This document shows, one piece after another, positions 17,154 through 24,866 of a DNA stretch of 34,282 nucleotides (positions are counted from its first letter, which is position 1; each line of letters begins with the position of its first letter). The position numbers were made by a program, and so were the translations under genes. The stretch comes from Candidatus Hydrogenedentota bacterium (GTDB lineage Bacteria > Hydrogenedentota > Hydrogenedentia > Hydrogenedentales > GCA-2746185), in the NCBI GenBank assembly GCA_046583315.1, contig JAYGCN010000102.1, positions 1-34,282 on the forward strand, in the 5' to 3' direction. The notes beneath the pieces are model-generated. The model worked only from the letters and a program-made list of their open reading frames with translations. It was not told where the DNA came from and did not search any database.

Positions 17154-19649
17154 ATGAGCGAATCAGACCCTAAAGAGCCGGAAATCGACGAGGAATCCGC
17201 CTCCAATGCCACCGAGAGCGACACGGGTGAGCCGGAGGGGACGTCGGGCGACGCCCATCTGGACAGGATTCTCTCGGAAGGTATCCTGAAGGGGCAGAAG
17301 CATTTGGACAAGGCGCAGACGCTGCTGGCGGCCTTCATGATATTCGCCACGGGTTGGGTGACCTATACCGCCATGCTCGGCTCGCCTTTTTTGCTCGAAG
17401 AAACCGAAGCCATCGTCGAGGTACTCAATCTACACCACGTCGCCACGGTATCGCGCGGCTGGAATGACACGATTGGACCCGTTTCCGCGCTTACAATGGC
17501 TATCGACTGGACCATCGGGGACGGCTCGCCCGTCTTGTTCCAGACGACCCAACTCACGCTTCATCTTTTCAACGCGATACTTGTATTTCTGCTGTGTCGG
17601 CGATTGCTCGGTTCACGGGAATCTGAAGCGATCGCGATGATGAGCGGATTTCTCTTCGCGTTGCATCCGGTCGCATCCCATGCCGTGACGATGCTCACCG
17701 AGCGGGATGTACTGCTGGCGACGTTCTTCATGTTTTCGAGTCTATTACTTTTTCTGAGTGCGGTTCGCGGCGAACGTGTCGGCCTTACTCGCTACGTATT
17801 GGCGTTGTGTGCCTTCGCGTTGGCCTGGGTATGCGGACACTGGACGTGGATAACGCCGATTCTGATTGTCCTGATGATGGCGACGGAACACGGTTTGTCC
17901 GGTCTGCTTTCGCGAATCAAATATCTCCTTCCCGCCGTCGTGCTCACATTGGTGCTTAATTACTATCCCGAGCCCACGATGGAAGCACCGCTGAGCTTGT
18001 CGGGTTTGGCGGCTGAATCGAGTTACGTTGGGCTTGCCGAACTGGCTTGGTTGAGTCCGTTCGCAACAGATTGGATTTACGAATCAGATGCACTCGGAGG
18101 CACACCGGGCTTCATCGTGATCGCATTGATGGCGCTAGGCCTGTTGAGTTTCACACCGCTTCCTCAGAAGTATCGGGTTTTCGGATTGGCATTTTCCTGG
18201 GCGACTTTGGTCATGATCGGTTTTGGCGTGGCGACTGACTCGGACGACTTCAACAACGCGCACCTGTACCCGGCTGGATTGGGTGCGGGCCTGTTTTGGA
18301 TTGCGATTATTGCAGCGATTCCAGCAGGCACGCCGCGAAACGTGGGAGGCATTGTCGCCGCGGCACTACTACTCGCCTTCGCCTGGATCACGAACGAGCG
18401 CAATGTTGAGCGCAAGGACGAAGTCTTCTACTGGGCGCGCGCGAATGATGCATGCACGACGTGTTATGAGCCGAAGATCAGGCTGGCTACGCTGTATCAT
18501 CGTGAAGGAGACACCCTGCATACGACGGAGACCGGAAGCGCGAAGCTTGCCGCCCAGAATCGTCAAGCGGAGACGAACTGGAAATGGGCCGCCGGCTTTT
18601 ACAAAGAGGCGCGCGCGGAGAACGCATCGCTGGATGGGAAGCTCGGCAGTTATGCACGCCTCCGGCAGAGTCTGGGAGAAACGGATCAGGCCATTCAAAT
18701 TATGGAGAGCGCGGTTGCACTGGAACCTCACAACCTTCGCCAGTTACGCGCGCTCGCGGATTGGTATGGCGCGTTGTTTGTGGAAACGAAAAATCCCGCC
18801 AATCTTCGCGCGGCCTTGGACTATTATGACGTGATTGAGGCGCAGGGAATGATGAATGATGCGGATCGACTTGGATCGGCGATTAATTATGCGCAGCTTG
18901 GTTTGCCCGTGGAATCCATAGAGCGACTGCGCGCCATTCAGGATGTGGAGATGCGTCGTCAGGCGCAGGAGATTGCGAAACAGCTTCAACCCCGCTTGGC
19001 CGTTGCCAAGCGCCACGAGGATGCCTTCAACGAAGCGGCACAGGCACAGAAACCGAGAGACGAATTACTCCGGCAGCGTGTTCCTCAATTGACCGCAGAA
19101 GGTCGCATGGTCAACGCGCGCTACTTCGCCGAAGAATTGCTGCGAACGACCGGTAATACGGTCGGTGAAGATTGGTTGATGCTGGGAGCGCTCTATGCCA
19201 TGACGGGTGAGTGGGATGCGCTGCAGAATCATTGGCCGCCACCATCGGGTCTGCAGCAACCGTGGCGCACGCTGGCAACGCGATTGGCCCGTCAACAAAA
19301 TTGGCAGGGCGCTTTGGATGCCTTGCGGACCGGCTTCGCGACAACATCCCAGGACCCTCGGCCTGAAGCCATACTTGCGCTGGGGAAAATCGCCTTCGAA
19401 TTGGAGAACGTGCAACAGGCCATCGCGCTCTATCAGCAGATGGCCCGTGAATATCCGACCCGCAAGGAGCCGTTCCTTGCGTTGGTTGACATCGCGATTG
19501 AACAGAAGCAGACTAACGGCGTCGCGGAAATGCTGGATCGTGCTCAGGCGAACGGGGCCACGCAGATTGAGGTAGAATCACGCAGGTCACGTGCGGGCCA
19601 AATTGAAACGGCCACGCCCGAGACGCTACAACCGTTCATCATCCGTTAG
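17154..19649 (+). CDS. TMTC-like GT-C membrane protein with C-terminal TPR-like repeats
   Basis: LTLHLFNAILVFLL and LFALHP..S.AV....ER..LL motifs of TMTC-like proteins, many TM helices and a helical-repeat C terminus. Confidence 0.7.
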   Translation: MSESDPKEPEIDEESASNATESDTGEPEGTSGDAHLDRILSEGILKGQKHLDKAQTLLAAFMIFATGWVTYTAMLGSPFLLEETEAIVEVLNLHHVATVSRGWNDTIGPVSALTMAIDWTIGDGSPVLFQTTQLTLHLFNAILVFLLCRRLLGSRESEAIAMMSGFLFALHPVASHAVTMLTERDVLLATFFMFSSLLLFLSAVRGERVGLTRYVLALCAFALAWVCGHWTWITPILIVLMMATEHGLSGLLSRIKYLLPAVVLTLVLNYYPEPTMEAPLSLSGLAAESSYVGLAELAWLSPFATDWIYESDALGGTPGFIVIALMALGLLSFTPLPQKYRVFGLAFSWATLVMIGFGVATDSDDFNNAHLYPAGLGAGLFWIAIIAAIPAGTPRNVGGIVAAALLLAFAWITNERNVERKDEVFYWARANDACTTCYEPKIRLATLYHREGDTLHTTETGSAKLAAQNRQAETNWKWAAGFYKEARAENASLDGKLGSYARLRQSLGETDQAIQIMESAVALEPHNLRQLRALADWYGALFVETKNPANLRAALDYYDVIEAQGMMNDADRLGSAINYAQLGLPVESIERLRAIQDVEMRRQAQEIAKQLQPRLAVAKRHEDAFNEAAQAQKPRDELLRQRVPQLTAEGRMVNARYFAEELLRTTGNTVGEDWLMLGALYAMTGEWDALQNHWPPPSGLQQPWRTLATRLARQQNWQGALDALRTGFATTSQDPRPEAILALGKIAFELENVQQAIALYQQMAREYPTRKEPFLALVDIAIEQKQTNGVAEMLDRAQANGATQIEVESRRSRAGQIETATPETLQPFIIR

Positions 19650-19666
19650 ACAACCCGGGGAATATC

Positions 19667-20458
19667 ATGGAAGTCATCATACAGCCAACACCGGATGCTG
19701 CGGCGAGACTCGTTGTTGAGCTCATCGATCAGGTCGTGCGACAGAACCCGAGTGCCGTGCTGGGTTTCGCGACGGGACGCACGATGGAGAGCGTGTACGA
19801 CAAATTGTATGCGAAACACGTGGATGAGGGGTTGGATTTTTCGGGGTGTTCAACGTTCAATCTGGATGAATATATTGGCCTGGACGCGGGTGATCCGCAT
19901 TCCTATCGACACTACATGAATGAGCGGCTTTTCAGCCGTATCGAAATCGACCTTGCGAATACGTATTTGCCCGACGGGACGGCCGCAGATATCGACGCCG
20001 AATGTGTTGCGTATGAAAAGAAGATTGAGGCGATGGGGGGGATAGACCTGCAGCTGTTGGGTATCGGCGCTTCAGGTCATATCGGGTTCAATGAGCCGCT
20101 GTCGGCGTTGCGCTCGAGGACACGGGCCAAGGCGCTCACACCGACGACGCGTGAACAGAATGCGCCCATGTTCGATTCAATCGACGAGGTACCCAAACGC
20201 GCCATCACGATGGGGGTCGGCACGATTCTCGATACGCGACGCTGCATTCTGTTGGCTACGGGCGCGTCCAAGGCCAAGATTATCGCAAAGGCCGTCGAAG
20301 GTCCAATCACCTCGATGATTTCCGCCAGCGCGTTGCAGCTCCATCCACACTGCACCATCGTAGTCGACGAAGAAGCAGCCGCCGAACTCGAACAGACGGA
20401 CTACTATCACTGGATCTTCCAAAACGAACCGGAGTGGGAAGAGTTTCGAAACTGCTAG
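19667..20458 (+). CDS. nagB: Glucosamine-6-phosphate deaminase
   Basis: LGFATGRT, TFNLDEY, GGIDLQLLGIG..GHIGFNEP, AITMGVGTIL, ASALQLHP. Confidence 0.95.
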   Translation: MEVIIQPTPDAAARLVVELIDQVVRQNPSAVLGFATGRTMESVYDKLYAKHVDEGLDFSGCSTFNLDEYIGLDAGDPHSYRHYMNERLFSRIEIDLANTYLPDGTAADIDAECVAYEKKIEAMGGIDLQLLGIGASGHIGFNEPLSALRSRTRAKALTPTTREQNAPMFDSIDEVPKRAITMGVGTILDTRRCILLATGASKAKIIAKAVEGPITSMISASALQLHPHCTIVVDEEAAAELEQTDYYHWIFQNEPEWEEFRNC

Positions 20459-20464
20459 TTTCAC

Positions 20465-20491
20465 CACGAACGACACGGAGAGCACGAAGGA
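20465..20491 (+). repeat. Short degenerate tandem repeat (3 x 9 nt)
   Basis: CACGAACGA CACGGAGAG CACGAAGGA immediately after the nagB stop. Confidence 0.5.
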
Positions 20492-20513
20492 GTTTCGTAT
20501 TCCTTAAATAACC

Positions 20514-21294
20514 TTACTCTATGCTAGATAATTCCTTGTCGATTTCTGGAGTGAATTCCTCCAACATCGCACTAAACTCTTCAAACCAACTCATGAGGGT
20601 TTGTTGACGCTCCGCGCCCTTAGTCTTGCGATGCAGTTTGTATCGGGGTAATTCTCTGACGAATGTATCATCAGACATGCGAATGTCAGCAAGCAAGGTC
20701 CAGTCTGTGAATTCCAACAAGCTAAACGTTATTCGGATTTTCCGTCCCAGATTGCTTCTGCGACATATCAGGCTGACATAGAGTGGAAACGAGCCGCCAC
20801 TACCGTTCATTACTTCGCAAACCAGACCAGAATGAATACGTGTTCTTTCGACGGAGAATTCATGTAGATAAGCTACGACTGCCCTACCCACTTGCTCTAA
20901 CTCTTGGATCGGCCACTCATTCGTTCGGTCGACTAATGAATTTTCGTAAGTATCGCGACATTCCTCATACACGAACTTGGCACAGGCCTTCAGTTCGTTA
21001 CAATAAAGACGTGTTCTTAGCATCGATCTCGAGAGCAAATAAAGAGGCATGAGTGGAACTATACCCAACCTTATCAAAGGACCAGCCGCCCGTGGTTCTC
21101 TTGTCCGAGGAATAGTTCAACCAACGGTCCACGACACCGGGTGATTCTTTTAGGGCATCGTATATCTCGTACACTGTTATATCGTCTATGGCCTCTGGGT
21201 ATCCGCTATCCCTCAAGAGGTCGAGAAAAGATACGTTACTGATCCGACTCTTTTCGCTTATGATATTGACCATTTTACGCGGGACGGTGAGCAC
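20514..21294 (-). pseudogene. AT-rich hypothetical gene, probably split by a frameshift (ORFs 21294-20998 and 21077-20514)
   Basis: Two same-strand ORFs overlap by 80 nt in different frames; the downstream ORF has no convincing start signal of its own. Confidence 0.45.
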
Positions 21295-21448
21295 TATATA
21301 CCCAATCGCATGAAGCTGTTTCGCAAGGAATTAGTATGAAATACACGTGGCAAATTCATTTTCTATAGGTTCTACAAAGTAGTGGAATTGTTTGTTCAAA
21401 TCTATAAAGCATTCTATTAGGAATGCGGAGTGGAATTCGTACTCTGCT

Positions 21449-22555
21449 CTACCTTTGGTCAACCAGTCCAGAGATAATCTCGATTCCGCGCTGTATGGTT
21501 TCATTTTTCGCTGCGAAGGATATGCGGAAGTGGGTTTTTCTTTCTGAGAAGACCGACCCGGGGATAATCAGCACGTTATTATCGATGGCTTTGGTGACGA
21601 AGGCATCTCCGTCGTCATTGGGGGCTTGCGGGAATATGTAGAAGGCCCCGTTCGGTTTTTCCACGGTGAAGTTCTCGCTCAACAGCGAATACGCGAGGTC
21701 CCGTTTCTCGCGGTAGGCATCCACTTTGGCGCTATGGTTGATTTTCAGGGCTGTGACGGCGGCATGCTGCGCGATGGACGGCGCGCACACGAAGGTATAT
21801 TGCTGCAGGGTATTCATTTGTTGAATGATATCCTCTGGACCGGCGGCATAGCCCACGCGCAACCCGGTCATGGCGGCCAGTTTCGAGAAACCGTTGAGCA
21901 GAACGAGGTTGTCGTAGCGACCGACCATGGTGTCAGCAGGGCCGTCGTAATGTAAGCCCTCGTAGATTTCATCGGAGAGTACCAGCAGGTTGTGTTTCTT
22001 GGCCGTCGCGGCGATTGAGTCGAGTTCAGCCGCATTTAGGCTCACCCCGGTGGGATTCGACGGGGAATTCACGATGAGCATCTTCGATTTCGGCGTGATG
22101 GCCGATTCGATACGCTTCGAGGTCAGCTTGAAGTCCGGATAGGTGTCCACGGGCACGGCTTTCGCGTCCAGCAGGTTCACCAGATGTTTGTACATGACGA
22201 AATAGGGGTCCGCGATGAGCACCTCGTCGCCGGGATTGAGCGTGGCCATCATGGCGAGTAGCAATCCCCCCGAGACACCCGAGGTAACCATCACGTTTTC
22301 CAGCCCCACACCGAAGTGGGTCTGGTAATACTCGTCGCAGCCTTCGCGCAGGGCATCGATTCCCCAAGTTTGCGTATAGGAATTCTCGCCATCCTGAATG
22401 CTGCGGATGGCCTCTTTCTTGACCAGTTCGTCCACATCGTAGTCGGGCTGGCCAATGGAAAGGTTGATTGGGTCTTTCATGCTGGCGGCAAGCGCAAAAA
22501 CCTTGCGGATGCCGCTGGCGTCTATGTGACTCATGCGATCGGCGATGAAGCTCAT
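21449..22555 (-). CDS. Class I/II PLP-dependent aminotransferase
   Basis: INLSIGQPD, NSPSNPTG, LSDEIY, GFSKLAAMTGLRVGY, PNGAFY, FRISF. Confidence 0.92.
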   Translation of the reverse strand: MSFIADRMSHIDASGIRKVFALAASMKDPINLSIGQPDYDVDELVKKEAIRSIQDGENSYTQTWGIDALREGCDEYYQTHFGVGLENVMVTSGVSGGLLLAMMATLNPGDEVLIADPYFVMYKHLVNLLDAKAVPVDTYPDFKLTSKRIESAITPKSKMLIVNSPSNPTGVSLNAAELDSIAATAKKHNLLVLSDEIYEGLHYDGPADTMVGRYDNLVLLNGFSKLAAMTGLRVGYAAGPEDIIQQMNTLQQYTFVCAPSIAQHAAVTALKINHSAKVDAYREKRDLAYSLLSENFTVEKPNGAFYIFPQAPNDDGDAFVTKAIDNNVLIIPGSVFSERKTHFRISFAAKNETIQRGIEIISGLVDQR

Positions 22556-22610
22556 GGGGGTACCTTGTGTCGTTTCGTGTTAGTTGCAAAATGCGAAACG
22601 CGATTATCTC

Positions 22611-22634
22611 ACGCAGAGACGCAGAGACGCAAAG
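22611..22634 (+). repeat. Short tandem repeat (3 x 8 nt)
   Basis: ACGCAGAG ACGCAGAG ACGCAAAG in the divergent intergenic region. Confidence 0.65.
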
Positions 22635-22729
22635 GGTGGGCAGGTTAGGTGGGATCGGGAAAGTTTAGCGGCTCTTGGGTATTGTATTGAAGTTAATCCG
22701 GTCGGTACACTTGTGCTTGGAGGATCGTT

Positions 22730-23749
22730 ATGAAATCGAGTGTGATGGCGGTGATTGCCGTTATGGTATGTAGTGTGTTTTCCGTGGGGGTTGCTGTGGC
22801 GGAGTCGGGGGTTGTGAGCGCGAAGACGCGGGATGTTGAGATTACGTATACGGCGACGATTGAGAGCATTCCTGACGGGGCGCAGGTAATTGATGTCTGG
22901 TTGCCGATCGCGCAGGATACGGATGGGCAGAGGGTTTCGCGTGTTCAGGTGAATTATCCTAATGGCGGAAGTATTTCGATTGAGCCTGAGTATGGGAACA
23001 AGATGTGGCATAAACGATTTGAGGCCCCGTTTCCTGAGTCGTTGGCGATAGAGATTGAGTTTGACATTCATCGCTCAGAAATTGTGATTGAGGAAGCGAA
23101 ATCGCTGGCCGCTACGCCTAAAGGGAAGTCGGTGTTGGCTCTTTATCTGAAGCCGAATTTTCTTGTCCCGGTTGACTTGGATCCGCTTAATGCGATTGCG
23201 AGGGAGTTGCTGTTAGCAAGCGATCCGCCTATTGTTGCAGGGCGAAAGATTTACGACTGGCTGATTGATGAGTTCACCTACAATTGGCAGGCGCCGGGTG
23301 CTGGAAAAGGGGATGTTCGCTGGGCGTGTGATTCGAAGACAGGGGATTGCAACGATTACCATTCAATGTTTCTTGCGTTGTGTCGAAATCAGGGAATTCC
23401 GGCGGATCATGAATTCGTATTCCCTATTCGGTCGAAGCGCAGTGAGGGTGTGATTCCTTCTTATCATTGCTGGGCCCGGTTTAATGTGGAAGGAATCGGC
23501 TGGATTCCGATTGATGCTTCTGAGGCTGATAAACATCCGGAGTTGCGCGAGTATAATTTCGGTTCACAATCGTTGAGTCTTATGAAGTTCACACATGGGC
23601 GTGACGTAAACTTGTCACCACGGAAGGCGGGTCCGCCACTGAATAAGTTTATCCATCCTTATGTGGAAATCGATGGCTCACCTTATGATGAGAGCCTTAA
23701 GTATCGGGTTCGCTTTCGGGATATTGAAGAACAGTGCTGCGTTTCGTAA
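22730..23749 (+). CDS. Secreted transglutaminase-like protein
   Basis: Signal peptide; Cys-His-Asp triad in GDCNDY, HCWARF and WIPID; GGAGG RBS. Confidence 0.88.
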   Translation: MKSSVMAVIAVMVCSVFSVGVAVAESGVVSAKTRDVEITYTATIESIPDGAQVIDVWLPIAQDTDGQRVSRVQVNYPNGGSISIEPEYGNKMWHKRFEAPFPESLAIEIEFDIHRSEIVIEEAKSLAATPKGKSVLALYLKPNFLVPVDLDPLNAIARELLLASDPPIVAGRKIYDWLIDEFTYNWQAPGAGKGDVRWACDSKTGDCNDYHSMFLALCRNQGIPADHEFVFPIRSKRSEGVIPSYHCWARFNVEGIGWIPIDASEADKHPELREYNFGSQSLSLMKFTHGRDVNLSPRKAGPPLNKFIHPYVEIDGSPYDESLKYRVRFRDIEEQCCVS

Positions 23750-23772
23750 TTTCAGATTGAGGAGTATGTACG

Positions 23773-24171
23773 ATGGAAGTTGAGCGATTAAACACGCCCG
23801 GGGTCAATAAATTCGCGAACATGATGGGCATTCACTTTCTTGAGATTGCCGATGGCCGTGCTGAAGCGGAAATTGAGATTCGAGAAGACCACTTTCATCC
23901 CGGCGGAATCGTGCATGGGGGCGTTGCGTATAGCCTGGCGGATACGGTGATGGCGATGACCACGCTATCAACCTGTAAGAAGGGGGAAAATGCGAGCACG
24001 GTCGAATGTAAGATGTCATACATGGCGCCGTGTATCGAAGGCGTGATGAAAGGCGAAGCGTGGATTGTGAAACGTGGACGACGCATTGTTTTTGTCGAAG
24101 CGAAAATAAGTGTGGGGGAGAAAGTGGTCGCAACGGCAACAGCAACCTTCATGATAGTGGAGATGAAATAG
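23773..24171 (+). CDS. PaaI family hot-dog thioesterase
   Basis: HPGGIVHGGVAYSLAD, STVECKMSY, KRGRRIVF, ATATATF; GAGGAG RBS. Confidence 0.9.
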   Translation: MEVERLNTPGVNKFANMMGIHFLEIADGRAEAEIEIREDHFHPGGIVHGGVAYSLADTVMAMTTLSTCKKGENASTVECKMSYMAPCIEGVMKGEAWIVKRGRRIVFVEAKISVGEKVVATATATFMIVEMK

Positions 24172-24343
24172 TTTTATTCGCCGAATCATCGCTATAATTA
24201 CATGGTTAAACACCTTTATTCGCCATGAAATCCACATTCTTGCTGGAAACTTTCCAACATTGTCGCGATCGACCCCCACTAAGTAACGTATTACGTGATG
24301 TTTAGAGGCTACCGAGTCTTGTGTATAGAATGTGAAAAAACAC

Positions 24344-24372
24344 TTGACTATTGGACAGATAAATGTTATTTT
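24344..24372 (+). promoter_or_regulatory. sigma70 promoter of candidate sRNA
   Basis: TTGACT-17nt-TATTTT with an extended -10 TG, overlapped by the inverted repeat AATGTTA-TTT-TAACATT (24362-24378). Confidence 0.6.
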
Positions 24373-24377
24373 AACAT

Positions 24378-24583
24378 TCTAAGACTCTACAGAGAGATCG
24401 GAGTGGTCTTGGAACGAGTTGAATATGGTTTGTACGTCCGTATTTTCGGACTTGCTATAGAGCTTCAAGGAACGACTTTCCCCCAGTCTTCCTTGACGAT
24501 CTCAGTCAGAAATGACTGGTTCCCACCACCGGCGAGTGCATATTTAGGTAGTTCCCCCGCTGCCATGCACTCGCCTCTTTTTT
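24378..24583 (+). ncRNA. Candidate small regulatory RNA with C-rich loops
   Basis: Bounded by a promoter and a terminator; five hairpins; TTCCCCC in two apical loops and TTCCC in a linker; no credible CDS. Confidence 0.6.
24531..24583 (+). terminator. Intrinsic terminator
   Basis: GGCGAGTGCAT/ATGCACTCGCC 11-bp stem followed by TCTTTTTT. Confidence 0.8.
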
Positions 24584-24669
24584 GTCTTTTTCGCGACTTG
24601 GAGTAATGATACCTATACTCTAAGTGCTTTATTATTAGATGGATAGAACCCTTGTCATAATCAAGAGTG

Positions 24670-24698
24670 TTGACTTTTCCATCGAATTTTAATACAAT
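24670..24698 (+). promoter_or_regulatory. sigma70 promoter of the isomerase-like gene
   Basis: TTGACT-17nt-TACAAT. Confidence 0.7.
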
Positions 24699-24866
24699 AC
24701 CGCCCAGCGTGAGGCTACGTCTGGCGCGGTTGAGGACTCACGCTCAATTCATCGTGCGACTGATGACTTCAACCCCCAATATTTCTACACACATGTGTAA
24801 CTTTTGCCTGGAAACAGGTATACACTGAAAATGCACCGTTATGGTGCAATCAAACTGGAGACAAGA

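Noticed and set aside
21409..21426. GCATTC/GAATGC hairpin as terminator of the aminotransferase gene
   Set aside because: A 6-bp stem with only a short T tract is too weak to call.
24425..24460. 11-codon ORF MVCTSVFSDLL inside the sRNA
   Set aside because: It has no clear SD and is short enough to arise by chance.
24378..24583. T-box, 6S, SRP, tmRNA or tRNA identity for the RNA
   Set aside because: There is no T-box GGTGGNACC, long 6S-like rod, SRP helix-8 motif or cloverleaf.
24295..24606. 103-aa ORF across the intergenic region
   Set aside because: It has no convincing RBS, runs through a promoter and a strong terminator, and has no protein-like motifs. The ncRNA reading explains the sequence better.
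24760..24818. CTGATGA...GAAA as a hammerhead ribozyme, or CTGATGACTTC as a fluoride riboswitch 3' end
   Set aside because: No stem II forms between CTGATGA and GAAA, and the 5' GGNGAUGR P1 element of the fluoride riboswitch is absent.
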